48,996 nt of DNA from Actinomycetota bacterium (GCA_046086225.1 JBJSXF010000125.1:1-48996), one strand, 5' to 3'. Positions 1-8,569 are shown, counted from the stretch's first letter. Notes: generated by a model not told the origin, from the letters alone. Made by a program: numbers and translations.

Positions 1-93
1 GTCGGATCGGGGCCACACGGAGCGGCCTTCGACGGAACGAACCTCTGGGTGACCAACCAGGGGTCGAACTCCGTGTCGAAGATCCGCCCCTGA
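1..93 (+). CDS. 3' end of a beta-propeller repeat protein (NHL/YVTN-like), partial
   Basis: Frame 1 reads VGSGPHGAAFDGTNLWVTNQGSNSVSKIRP followed by TGA at 91-93. The pattern resembles the last blade of NHL/YVTN propellers. Only 30 codons are visible. Confidence 0.4.
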   Translation, partial: VGSGPHGAAFDGTNLWVTNQGSNSVSKIRP

Positions 94-117
94 GCGGAAC
101 AGCCCGGCGCCGCCGCA

Positions 118-133
118 GTCGTCTCTCGACGAC
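118..133. terminator. Short hairpin between convergent genes (candidate bidirectional terminator)
   Basis: GTCGTC-tctc-GACGAC, a 6-bp stem with a 4-nt loop, lies between the stop at 93 (+) and the stop at 164 (-). There is no U-tract. Confidence 0.25.
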
Positions 134-163
134 GAGTCGGATGGCGATGCGTTTGCGCGACGG

Positions 164-1252
164 TCAGACGGTCTCGGCGCCGACCCCGACCTCGGTCGCC
201 GGCGGACCGACCGACGTCACGGGCACCGACGCACTGAGCGCCCGGGCGACCGACGTGTCGGCGAGGATCCGCCCGCCGATCGCCAACCGCAGCGCGGCGG
301 CCGCCGCCCCCGTGGCCTCGACGACGAGCCACGTCCGGTCGTCGCCCTCGGCCCCGACGACGCTCACCCCGGCGGCGCCGGCGAGTCCCCGGGCGGCCCA
401 CACGAGGCGGATCGCGGTATCGGCGAGTCCGTCGTCGCCGAGCGGAACCGATCCCGGATCGGTGTGGAGACGTCGGAAGGAGTCGAGGGCCAACAGGATC
501 GCGGGATCGTCGCGAACGATCGCCCGGTGGAGCTCGCGGCAGTCGTACGTGGGCTCGAGCCCGAACTCGGCGACGAGCGCATCCCGGAACGCCGAATAGA
601 CCGAGATCGCTTCGACCGATCGCCCCTCGGCGTGGAGGGCGAGCATCTGCTGGGTGCGGAGCGGCTCCCGCCAGGGGTCGAGCGCGATCCAGTCGTCGAT
701 GTCGGCGAGGATCGCGGCGTGGTACCCGAGGCGGAGGTACGCACGGTTCCGGAGCCCGACGAGATCGAGGCGCAACCGGTCGAGGCGCCGGGCCGCCTCC
801 CCCGCGAAGGGGAAGTCGCCGACGTCGGCGAGCGAGTCACCCGCCCAGCACGCCAGGCCGGCGGCGGCGGCCGCCGCCGACGCTCGTGCGTCGCCGGCAT
901 CGAAGGCGGCCCGGGCCTCATCGGCGGCGGCCCACGCCCGCCGGAGGTCGGAGTCGAGCCCGGGGACGACGAGCACGTATCCCGCATCGGTGAGATCGAG
1001 CCCGAACCCGATCTCGGCCAGCGTCGTCCGCAGCCGGGAGGCGATGACCTGCAGGGCCGAACCGGGATGCTGCGGTCGTTCCCCGCCCCAGATGCCGCCG
1101 ATGAGACGCTCGGGCGTCACCGGGAGGCCGTCGGCGAGCACGAGCATCGCAAGCAAGGCCCGGGCACGCGGCGAACCGATCCTCACCGATCCGGCCGGTC
1201 CGTCCAGATCCCATCCGACCGGACCCAGCACCCGGAACATCGAGTCCGTCAA
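164..1252 (-). CDS. SARP/AfsR-family transcriptional regulator (OmpR-type winged helix + BTAD domain) with an approx 115-aa C-terminal extension
   Basis: Track ORF of 362 aa. The N-terminus MFRVLGPVGW...RARALLAMLVL...VTPERLIGGIWG is SARP-like. The central segment RLDRLRLDLVGLRNRAYLRLGYHAAILADIDDWIALDPWREPLRTQQMLALHAEGRSVEAISVYSAFRDALVAEFGLEP is a typical BTAD. The TTG start at 1252 has GAGGGGGG just upstream; ATG at 1240 is the alternative start. Confidence 0.8.
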   Translation of the reverse strand: MTDSMFRVLGPVGWDLDGPAGSVRIGSPRARALLAMLVLADGLPVTPERLIGGIWGGERPQHPGSALQVIASRLRTTLAEIGFGLDLTDAGYVLVVPGLDSDLRRAWAAADEARAAFDAGDARASAAAAAAGLACWAGDSLADVGDFPFAGEAARRLDRLRLDLVGLRNRAYLRLGYHAAILADIDDWIALDPWREPLRTQQMLALHAEGRSVEAISVYSAFRDALVAEFGLEPTYDCRELHRAIVRDDPAILLALDSFRRLHTDPGSVPLGDDGLADTAIRLVWAARGLAGAAGVSVVGAEGDDRTWLVVEATGAAAAALRLAIGGRILADTSVARALSASVPVTSVGPPATEVGVGAETV

Positions 1253-1325
1253 TATCCCCCCTCGCGCTCTGTGGACCGCTCCACACGATCCGTGGCCACT
1301 CGCCCGCAGCCGATCCCCGTCGAAT

Positions 1326-1361
1326 CGTAGGTCCTACAATTACCGGATAGTAGGACCTACG
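1326..1361. promoter_or_regulatory. Perfect 12-bp inverted repeat with 12-bp spacer (candidate TetR-type operator pair)
   Basis: CGTAGGTCCTAC-aattaccggata-GTAGGACCTACG. Each arm is itself a near-palindrome, GTAGG(T/A)CCTAC. It lies in the only AT-enriched stretch of the divergent SARP/TetR intergenic region. Confidence 0.5.
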
Positions 1362-1384
1362 ACCCAGCCGGTGCCGGGGCCGCC

Positions 1385-1429
1385 CGACCCCCCGGTTTGC
1401 GACCCCCCGGTTTCCGACCACCCGGGTTA
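1385..1429. repeat. Three tandem 15-bp direct repeats
   Basis: The units are cgaccccccggtttg / cgaccccccggtttc / cgaccacccgggtta, head to tail. They are upstream of, or at the extreme 5' end of, the TetR ORF. Confidence 0.6.
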
Positions 1430-1462
1430 GCCTCGCCTATCGACCCGATCGCCCCGCCCGCC

Positions 1463-2677
1463 GTGCCGAAGGCCCCGAGCCGGGTGAGCCGTCGGCAGTC
1501 CGACGCCTCTCGGCGCAACGCCACGGCCATCGTGGAGGCCGCCGCCGCCGAGATCGAGGCCGTCGGGGTCGACCACCTCACGATGACGAAGGTCGCCCGC
1601 CGGGCGCGCCTCACCACCGGGGCGCTCTACAGCCGCTACGAGACGAGTACCGAGCTCGCCGCCGACGTCTGGACGCAGTTGGTCGGCCCACCGACGCTCG
1701 ATGCGTTCGACGACATCGTGGCCGCGATCGTCGACGGCGACCGACCGGCGTTCGACCGCACGAGAGAGCGACTGCGAGTTCCTGCGCCCGAGATCCTCGT
1801 CGGCCTGGAGCTCGTCGCCGTGGCCCGCCGGATCGATGAGCTCGACGAGGTCATCGCTCCCGGGCTCGCCGATGCGTTCGCCCGGTGGGTCCCCGACGAC
1901 GAACCGGTTCGGCGCGCCCGGGTCGCAGCCGTGGTCGGCGCCGCATGGGGCACCCTCCTCCACTGCGCGCCGGGTGGGCTCCGACTCGACTGGGCACCCG
2001 TGATGCGCCTCGTGCGGTGGTCGTGCCGCCAGCCGTACGACCCCGACCAGCCGGTGGAGCGCTTCGCGCTCGGCGGGATCCCCGACTACTCGATGCGGAC
2101 GAGCACCGACGACCCGGTCGACGACGCGCTCATCGCCGCCGCGGTCACGATCATCGGCCGGGTCGGGCTCAAGCGGGCGACCAACACCCGCATCGCGCGC
2201 CGGGCCGGGGTCACCAGCGGTGCCATTTACGGGCGCTACCGCACGAAGGAAGCCCTCCTCGAGCGCACTTTCGGCACTGCGGTCGCCGACTGGTACGGCG
2301 CCAACCTCGATCGCTACCGCGCCATCACTGCCGCAGCGGGCCGCCCGACCGGAACGGCGTCCGACCCAGGGGCCACTGCGTCGGACGCCTTCGACCCGCC
2401 TGGGAACGACTGGCCGGCCTTCCGACTCGAAGCCCAGATCGCGGCAATGCACAACCCTTGCCTCGCCCACGCGCTGAACGCCGTGCAGGACGACGCCCAG
2501 CGCGCCTACATCGCCACGGTGAACGTCGGCTCGGCGATCAACGGCGACGCAGCCGCCACCTTCGCACGCCTCACGCACATCATGCCGCTCGGGCTCTCGA
2601 TGGTGGAGATGGCCGTCCCGAGCATCGGACCGGTCGAGTGGCGCCGCGCCCTCGCCCCGCTCGAGCGCTTCGCCTGA
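1463..2677 (+). CDS. TetR-family regulator with two complete TetR modules in one chain (tandem duplication)
   Basis: HTH1 is RRNATAIVEAAAAEIEAVGVDHLTMTKVARRARLTTGALYSRYETSTEL. HTH2 is DDALIAAAVTIIGRVGLKRATNTRIARRAGVTSGAIYGRYRTKEALLE, about 215 aa later. Each is followed by a helical ligand-domain-sized segment. The start is uncertain: TTG 1397 (track), GTG 1463 or GTG 1484, all in frame. Confidence 0.8.
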   Translation: MPKAPSRVSRRQSDASRRNATAIVEAAAAEIEAVGVDHLTMTKVARRARLTTGALYSRYETSTELAADVWTQLVGPPTLDAFDDIVAAIVDGDRPAFDRTRERLRVPAPEILVGLELVAVARRIDELDEVIAPGLADAFARWVPDDEPVRRARVAAVVGAAWGTLLHCAPGGLRLDWAPVMRLVRWSCRQPYDPDQPVERFALGGIPDYSMRTSTDDPVDDALIAAAVTIIGRVGLKRATNTRIARRAGVTSGAIYGRYRTKEALLERTFGTAVADWYGANLDRYRAITAAAGRPTGTASDPGATASDAFDPPGNDWPAFRLEAQIAAMHNPCLAHALNAVQDDAQRAYIATVNVGSAINGDAAATFARLTHIMPLGLSMVEMAVPSIGPVEWRRALAPLERFA

Positions 2678-2696
2678 GCCCCGGCACCCGAACCGG

Positions 2697-3050
2697 TCAG
2701 GCGTCGGGCTGATTGAGCTCGACGAGGTTCCCCGACGGGTCGCGCAGGAAGGCCTGGTGACCGGCGCCGGGGAGGTGCGGCAGCGTCCCCACCTCGATCC
2801 CCCGCGCCCGCAGCTCGATCACGGTCGCATCGAGATCGTCGACCCGGAGGGCCAGGTGGTGGCCGCCCTCGGCGACCCGCTCGGCCCGCATGAGGTGCAG
2901 TTGGCCCCCACCGGCGTCGAGCCAGTGGCCCCCGAAGCCGAAATCGGGGCGGTCGAGCACGGTCAGCCCGAGCGCGTCGCGGTAGAAGGCGAGGGCCTCG
3001 TCCTCGTCGGTCACGCAGATCGCCACGTGGTGGAGCCCCGACGGTCGCAC
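2697..3050 (-). CDS. VOC/glyoxalase-family protein
   Basis: GLHHVAICVTDEDEALAFYRDALGL...HLALRVDDLDATVIELRARGIEV...QAFLRDPSGNLVELNQ is a single glyoxalase/VOC module. The track ORF extends to 3233 but overlaps the divergent SDR gene. GTG at 3050 sits 8 nt after a TAGTGT hexamer; GTG at 3062 is the alternative start. Confidence 0.75.
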   Translation of the reverse strand: MRPSGLHHVAICVTDEDEALAFYRDALGLTVLDRPDFGFGGHWLDAGGGQLHLMRAERVAEGGHHLALRVDDLDATVIELRARGIEVGTLPHLPGAGHQAFLRDPSGNLVELNQPDA

Positions 3051-3058
3051 GGCGCCGG

Positions 3059-3064
3059 ACACTA
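3059..3064 (-). promoter_or_regulatory. -10-like TAGTGT hexamer 8 nt upstream of GTG 3050 (leaderless-type promoter)
   Basis: The minus-strand sequence reads TAGTGT-ccggcgcc-GTG. There is no Shine-Dalgarno. Confidence 0.35.
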
Positions 3065-3126
3065 GGGTCTCGCCCGGTCCGGGCTCAAGCCCCGGAGCCA
3101 GATCCACCCCGTCACGGAGGTCCAGC

Positions 3127-4023
3127 GTGGGAGCACTCGAGGGCAAGGTCGTCGCCGTCACCGGCGCCGGACGCGGTATCGGTCGCGCCGTCGCACTGGC
3201 CGCCGCCGCCGAGGGCGCGGCCGTCGTCGTCAACGACTACGGCGTCGCCATGGACGGCACCGAGCCGACCAGCGAGGTCGCCGACGAGGTCGTGGCCGAG
3301 ATCGTCGCGGCCGGCGGCCGGGCCGTCGCCAACGCCCACTCGGTCACCACGATGGAAGGCGGCGCGTCGATCGTGCAGCAGGGCGTCGACGCCTTCGGCC
3401 GACTCGACGGCGTCGTGTGCGTTGCCGGCATCCTGCGTGAGCGGATGCTCTTCAACATGACCGAGGCCGAATGGGATCCGGTCATCGAGACGCACCTCAA
3501 GGGCACCTTCACCGTGTTCCGGGCTGCGGCGGCCCTGTTCCGCCAGCAGAAGTCGGGCACGATGATCGGCTTCACCTCGGGTGCCTTCGCGGCGAGTGTC
3601 GCCCAGGCCAACTACTCGGCTGCCAAGGGCGGCATCGTGTCGCTCGTTCGCAGCGCCGCGGCCGGGCTCAACAAGTACGGCGTCACCGCCAACTGCATCG
3701 CGCCGGTCGCCCGCTCGCGCATGTCGGGCCAGGTGCCCTTCGGTCTCGAGATGGGCGAGCCCGAGGATGTGGCGCCGATGGTGTGCTACCTGCTCTCCGA
3801 TCTCGCCCGTGAGGTGACCGGTCAGGTGTACACGGTGAACGGCGGCCGCATCGCGGTCTACAACCAGCCCGCCGAGGTGCGCGAGATGCGCAAGGACGGA
3901 CGGTGGTCGGTGGAGGAGATCGACGCCCGCTTCGCCGAGGTCGGACAGGAGCCGATGCCGATCCTCGAGCGGTTGAAGGCAATGGAGGCGGCCGCCAAGT
4001 CGGGCGACAAGCCCAACACCTGA
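3127..4023 (+). CDS. SDR-family oxidoreductase
   Basis: It has the GKVVAVTGAGRGIGRAVAL Rossmann motif and YSAAKGG (YxxxK). GGAGG lies upstream of the GTG start. Confidence 0.85.
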   Translation: MGALEGKVVAVTGAGRGIGRAVALAAAAEGAAVVVNDYGVAMDGTEPTSEVADEVVAEIVAAGGRAVANAHSVTTMEGGASIVQQGVDAFGRLDGVVCVAGILRERMLFNMTEAEWDPVIETHLKGTFTVFRAAAALFRQQKSGTMIGFTSGAFAASVAQANYSAAKGGIVSLVRSAAAGLNKYGVTANCIAPVARSRMSGQVPFGLEMGEPEDVAPMVCYLLSDLAREVTGQVYTVNGGRIAVYNQPAEVREMRKDGRWSVEEIDARFAEVGQEPMPILERLKAMEAAAKSGDKPNT

Positions 4024-4033
4024 TTCGGCGGCG

Positions 4034-4921
4034 GTGACGACGGTCCGGCTCCGAGCCGGCGGGTACGAAGCGACGTTCCGTCCCGACCTCGGGATGCTCG
4101 CAACGTCTCTCCGGCACCTGGGAGCCGAGTACGTGGCCCGCCCCGAGCCTCTCGCCGCAGCGGGCGCGGGGGCCATGACCGCCATTGCGCTCATGCACCC
4201 GTGGGCGAACCGCCTCGGCGGCCGCCGCTACCGTGCCGCCGGCCGTCGCGTCGATCTCGGCGGCCTCGCCCTCCCGACCGACGAGCACGGTCTGCCGTTG
4301 CACGGCAACCTCACCGGGGCGCCGTTCGCCGTCGACGCACTGCGGGCCGACCGGATCGTCGCCCACCGGATCCACGCGGCCGACGACGACCGGGCACGCT
4401 TCGCGGCCTTCCCCTACCCCCATCGCCTCGAGGTGCGGGCCCGGCTCGACGGTCGCCGCGGCCTCACCGTGACGACGACCGTCCGCCCGACCTCGGGCCG
4501 GCCGGTGCCCGTCGCCTTCGGCTGGCACCCGTACCTCCGTCTGCCGAGCGGTTCTCGGTCCGGTTGGGAGCTCGTGCTCCCGCGCCGAGAGCACATCGCC
4601 CTCGATCCCCGCCGCCTCCCGACCGGCGTCCGCACTCCGGAACGCGCCACGCGGGTCGCGCTCTCCGGCCTCGCGCTCGACGATCACTTCGCGCTCGCCG
4701 GTCGCCGGGCGATCGCGCTCGGCAACGGCACCCACCGGGTGACGGTCGGCTTCGGCTCCGGCTTCCCGTTCGTCCAGATCTACGCACCCGCCCGCCGACG
4801 GTTCGTGGCGATCGAGCCGATGACCGCCCCGATCGACGGACTGCGACACGGTCGGGTTCCGGTCGTCACGCCCGGCCACCGCTTCGCGACATCGTTCACG
4901 ATCGCGGTCGGGGCGGACTGA
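4034..4921 (+). CDS. Aldose 1-epimerase-family protein
   Basis: HPWANRLGG...DEHGLPLHGNL...FGWHPYLRLP...IEPMTAP are characteristic mutarotase-fold motifs. Confidence 0.7.
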   Translation: MTTVRLRAGGYEATFRPDLGMLATSLRHLGAEYVARPEPLAAAGAGAMTAIALMHPWANRLGGRRYRAAGRRVDLGGLALPTDEHGLPLHGNLTGAPFAVDALRADRIVAHRIHAADDDRARFAAFPYPHRLEVRARLDGRRGLTVTTTVRPTSGRPVPVAFGWHPYLRLPSGSRSGWELVLPRREHIALDPRRLPTGVRTPERATRVALSGLALDDHFALAGRRAIALGNGTHRVTVGFGSGFPFVQIYAPARRRFVAIEPMTAPIDGLRHGRVPVVTPGHRFATSFTIAVGAD

Positions 4922-4934
4922 CACCGACGTCAGG

Positions 4935-4940
4935 TAGCGT
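4935..4940 (+). promoter_or_regulatory. -10-like TAGCGT hexamer 6 nt upstream of GTG 4947 (leaderless-type promoter)
   Basis: The sequence reads ggTAGCGT-gcggcc-GTG. There is no Shine-Dalgarno. Confidence 0.35.
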
Positions 4941-4946
4941 GCGGCC

Positions 4947-5630
4947 GTGCCCGGCGCGCTCGACGGCATCCGCATCCTCGACCTCACCTGGGGCATCGCC
5001 GGCCCGCTCGGCGTGCTCCTCCTGGCCGAGCAGGGCGCCGACGTCATCAAGGTCGAGCCGCCCGGCGGCGACCCGTTCCGGGCCTACGACGGCGCCCGGG
5101 TGTGGAACCGCAGCCGCCGCTCCCTCACCGTCGACCTGAAGACGCCCGACGGCGCCGAGATCTTCGACCGGCTGCTCGGTACCGCCGACGTGCTCGTCGA
5201 GTCGTTCCGGCCGGGTGTGATGGAGCGCCTCGGGTTCGGCTTCGCCACGGTGCACGGGCGGCACCCCCGGATGGTGTTCTGCTCCTGTCCCGCCTACCCG
5301 CCCGGCCACCGACTCGCCGACCGACCCGGCTACGACGCGCTCGTGCAGGCGAGCAGCGGGCAGATGTGGGAGCAGCCGGGCTGGCGGATGGGCCCGATCT
5401 TCCTGCACATGCCCATGCCGTCGATGGGCGCCTTCCCGCTCGTCTCGGCCGGCATCCTCACCGCCCTCATCGCCCGGGAGCGCACCGGTCGCGGCCAGCA
5501 GGTGACGACCTCGCTGTTCCAGGGCGCCATGCTCTACACCACGCAGATCTGGCAGCACGTCGAACGGGCACCGGCCCAGTTCCACGAGCTCATGGGCAAG
5601 TCGTACCCGCCCGGCATCACCAGCAGATGA
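4947..5630 (+). CDS. Family III (CaiB/BaiF) CoA-transferase, N-terminal 227-aa part of an interrupted gene
   Basis: GIRILDLTWGIAGPLGVLLLAEQGADVIKVEPPGGDPFR is the family III signature. The frame stops at TGA 5628-5630 where the paralog at 6064 continues. Confidence 0.75.
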   Translation: MPGALDGIRILDLTWGIAGPLGVLLLAEQGADVIKVEPPGGDPFRAYDGARVWNRSRRSLTVDLKTPDGAEIFDRLLGTADVLVESFRPGVMERLGFGFATVHGRHPRMVFCSCPAYPPGHRLADRPGYDALVQASSGQMWEQPGWRMGPIFLHMPMPSMGAFPLVSAGILTALIARERTGRGQQVTTSLFQGAMLYTTQIWQHVERAPAQFHELMGKSYPPGITSR

Positions 5631-6064
5631 TCTTCGAGTGCGCCGACGGATGGGTCCACGCCTCGGTGATGAGCGGACTCACCCCCACCAAGAGCCAGGA
5701 CGAGATCCTGGGCCTCGACGACGCACCCGACCCCTTCACCTTCATGGCCATGGCACCCGAGGAGCGCGAGAAGATCAACGCCGCTCGCCGGGAGAAGTTC
5801 AAGGAGTGGCGGCGCGACGACATCGTCGCGGCATTCCAGGAGCACAACCACGCCATCGAGGCGATCCGGGCCCCGCACGAGCAGTTCGAGCATCCGCAGC
5901 TGATCGCCAACGGCCTCGTGCGCACCGTCGTCGATCCGGTCGTCGGCGAGACCACCCAGATCGGGACGCCGCTGCACATGTTCGGCACGCCCGCCGAGAT
6001 CCGTGGCCCCCAGCCCGAGCCGGGGGCGCACAACGCCGAGATCCTCGCCGAGCTGGGGTTCTGA
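5627..6064 (+). CDS. Family III CoA-transferase, C-terminal part (different frame, ATGA junction with the preceding fragment)
   Basis: MIFECADGWVHASV...HPQLIANGLV...GETTQIGTPLHMFGTPAEI...PGAHNAEILAELGF matches the C-terminal half of CaiB-type enzymes and of the paralog at 6064-7278. ATG 5627 overlaps TGA 5628-5630. Confidence 0.7.
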   Translation: MIFECADGWVHASVMSGLTPTKSQDEILGLDDAPDPFTFMAMAPEEREKINAARREKFKEWRRDDIVAAFQEHNHAIEAIRAPHEQFEHPQLIANGLVRTVVDPVVGETTQIGTPLHMFGTPAEIRGPQPEPGAHNAEILAELGF

Positions 6065-7278
6065 TGCACGCACTCGAAGGCGTCCGCCTGCTCGACTTCG
6101 GCCAGTACCTGGCCGGACCGTTCGGCCCGATGATCATCGGAGACCTCGGCGCCGACGTCATCAAGATCGAGCCGGTCACCGGTGACGCCATGCGGCTCGC
6201 GAGCAAGCCGTTCTTCGGATGTCAGCGGGGCAAGCGCAGCCTCGCCCTCGACCTCAAGCAGCCCGCGGGCCGGGCGATCGCGCTCGAGCTCGTCGCCACG
6301 GCCGACATCGTCCACCACAACATGACGGCCGGCGTCGCCACCAAGCTCGGCATCGACGACGCGGCCTGCCGGGCCGTGAAGCCCGACATCGTCTACTGCA
6401 ACACCTGGGCCTACGGGCTCGAAGGACCCCTCGCCCGGTTCGGCGGACTCGACCCGCTCTACCAGGCGTCGTCGGGCCTCGAAGCCGAGTCGGGCGCGAT
6501 CCACACCGGCAACACCCCGCTCTACTACCGCTTTGGCATGTGCGACGCGGCCAACGCCATGCTGTCGGTCGTCGCCGTGCTCTCTGCGCTCCTGCACCGC
6601 GAGCGCACCGGCGAGGGGCAGGAAGTCTGGACGTCGCTGCTCGACGGCGGCGCGATCTACACGTCGGACGCCCACCTGGTCGGCGGGGTGCCCGCGCCCC
6701 GCCCGCAGCTCGACCGCGAGCTCACGGGCCTCTCGGCGACGTACCGCCTCTACCCCACCCAGGACGACGACTGGATCTGCATCGCCGCGGTCAGCGACGC
6801 CGACTACGCCGCGCTGTGCGGCGTGCTCGGCGTGCCCGAGGTCGTCGACGACGTGCGGTTCGCCACGGCCGCGGCCCGGGACACCCGACGCGAGGAGCTC
6901 GAGGCGATCCTCGCCCCGTGCTTCCTCACCCGGACCGCCCGCTCGTGGTCGCGGCTGCTCGATGACGCCGGCGTGCCGAACGAAGTGCCGTTCGACACCC
7001 AGGGCGGCATCGCCCCACTGTTCGACGCCGACAACGTGGAGCTCGGTCTCGTCGCGCGCTACGAACACCCGCTCCTCGGGGCCATGCGCCAGTTCGGCTC
7101 ACTGATCGACTTCTCGGAGACGCCCGGTCGCATCGCCGGACCGCCACCGCTCGTCGGCCAGCACACCCGCGAGATCCTCAGCGAGATCGGTCGCACCGAT
7201 CCCGAGATCGACGACCTCATCGCAGCCGGGGTCTGCTACGAGCCCGACGATTCGTACGCCGAGCGCTTCGCCAACTGA
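6064..7278 (+). CDS. Family III (CaiB/BaiF) CoA-transferase, intact
   Basis: GVRLLDFGQYLAGPFGPMIIGDLGADVIKIEP...GQHTREILSEIG. ATG 6064 shares its A with the upstream stop (TGATG). The track ORF's upstream extension from 5638 is out-of-frame shadow of the previous gene. Confidence 0.85.
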   Translation: MHALEGVRLLDFGQYLAGPFGPMIIGDLGADVIKIEPVTGDAMRLASKPFFGCQRGKRSLALDLKQPAGRAIALELVATADIVHHNMTAGVATKLGIDDAACRAVKPDIVYCNTWAYGLEGPLARFGGLDPLYQASSGLEAESGAIHTGNTPLYYRFGMCDAANAMLSVVAVLSALLHRERTGEGQEVWTSLLDGGAIYTSDAHLVGGVPAPRPQLDRELTGLSATYRLYPTQDDDWICIAAVSDADYAALCGVLGVPEVVDDVRFATAAARDTRREELEAILAPCFLTRTARSWSRLLDDAGVPNEVPFDTQGGIAPLFDADNVELGLVARYEHPLLGAMRQFGSLIDFSETPGRIAGPPPLVGQHTREILSEIGRTDPEIDDLIAAGVCYEPDDSYAERFAN

Positions 7279-7299
7279 CCGGGGCGGATGTACGACCCG

Positions 7300-7932
7300 T
7301 CAGCGCACGAGCGAGACGACCAGGGCGAGCTGGGCCAGGTGGTAGGTGACCATGATGGCCACCCCCGAGGCTCGGAACGGACGCACGAAGCGGTTCCACG
7401 CGATGAGCGTGTCGGACGCCGCGAAGGTCACCGCGCCGAGCGCGGCGAGCCCGTTCCCGCTCGCCGACGCACTGACCACCATCGCCGAGATCACCGTGAT
7501 GTAGACCGCGACCGGCGTCCGGAGCCCCGGCTCCGACGCGCCGACGGCCCCGACGATCCGGCGGGCGAGCGGCGCCATCACGACGGCGGTCACCCCGAGC
7601 GCCACGACGACGGCACCGGCCGCCGGGGGATCGATCCAGAACCCGACGATGTAGGCCACGTGTGCGACGAGGAACGCGCCGAGTCCCACCACGAACCGGT
7701 CCGAATCGAGCATGAGCGCCACATCGCCGACGAGCGAGAAGACGAGCGCAACCGTGAACCACACCCGCCGGTCGGCCGCGCCGACGGCCGGATCAAGGGT
7801 GACCGCGGCGACGACGAGCGCGGCCAGCGCGGCCGGCTTCGCGATCTTCTCGATCCGGCGGTCGTCGCGCGCGACCGCGACCCAGTCGACGACCGCCGCG
7901 AGCGCGAACACGGAGTAGGCGGCGAAGGTCAC
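7300..7932 (-). CDS. YhhN-family (lysoplasmalogenase-like) integral membrane protein
   Basis: The 210-aa hydrophobic protein carries FSLVGDVALM and FLVAHVAYIVGF motifs typical of YhhN. GTG 7932 overlaps the pdxH stop (GTGA). Confidence 0.65.
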   Translation of the reverse strand: MTFAAYSVFALAAVVDWVAVARDDRRIEKIAKPAALAALVVAAVTLDPAVGAADRRVWFTVALVFSLVGDVALMLDSDRFVVGLGAFLVAHVAYIVGFWIDPPAAGAVVVALGVTAVVMAPLARRIVGAVGASEPGLRTPVAVYITVISAMVVSASASGNGLAALGAVTFAASDTLIAWNRFVRPFRASGVAIMVTYHLAQLALVVSLVR

Positions 7933-8543
7933 GGCGCGAGCCGTTCCCGCACGTAGCCGGCGCCGAGCCGCCGGTACCGCACCCGGTCGTGGAGGCGGTC
8001 CCGTCGGCCCTGCCACACCTCGAGCTCGTCGACGCCGACGCGGTATCCGCCCCAGTACGGCGGCAACGGCGGCTCGACGCCCGCGAACCGCGCCTCCGCC
8101 GCCGCGACCGCATCGGCCAGCACGCCCTCCCCGATCACGCGCGACTGGGGCGACGCCCACGCCCCGATCCGATGACCCCGGGGTCGGGACGCCCAGTACT
8201 GCTCGCTCTCCTCGAGCGCGATCGGCGCCACCGCACCGGTCACCCGGACCTGGCGCTCCTGCTCCCGCCAGTGGAACACCAGCGCGGCCCGGGGGGTCGC
8301 CGCGAGCTCGGTGCCTTTGGCGCTCTCCCGGTTCGTGTAGAAGACGAAGCCCCGTTCGTCGACCCCGCGCAGGAGCACCGTCCGGGCCGACACCGCGCCG
8401 TCGGGAGCCACGGTCGCCAGCGTCATCGCCTCGGGCTGGGCGACGCCCGCCGCCTCGGCTTCGGCGAACCAACGTCGGAACTGGCCGACGGGATCGGGAT
8501 CGACCAGCTCAGGGGTCAACGGCGGCGGGTTCGACGGGGTCAT
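7929..8543 (-). CDS. pdxH: Pyridoxamine 5'-phosphate oxidase
   Basis: AMTLATV...[26 protein letters not shown]...FHW...RQVRVTG...YWASRP...PPYWGGYRV...[16 protein letters not shown] are canonical PdxH motifs. ATG 8543 was chosen because longer starts would run into the divergent gene. Confidence 0.9.
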   Translation of the reverse strand: MTPSNPPPLTPELVDPDPVGQFRRWFAEAEAAGVAQPEAMTLATVAPDGAVSARTVLLRGVDERGFVFYTNRESAKGTELAATPRAALVFHWREQERQVRVTGAVAPIALEESEQYWASRPRGHRIGAWASPQSRVIGEGVLADAVAAAEARFAGVEPPLPPYWGGYRVGVDELEVWQGRRDRLHDRVRYRRLGAGYVRERLAP

Positions 8544-8569
8544 GACCCCAACGGTGCCAGACTGGGGCC

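Noticed and set aside
5638-6063. N-terminal extension of the second CoA-transferase ORF (the track gives 546 aa)
   Set aside because: The extension is an Arg/Pro-rich out-of-frame overlap of the previous CoA-transferase fragment. The conserved N-terminal motif begins right at ATG 6064.
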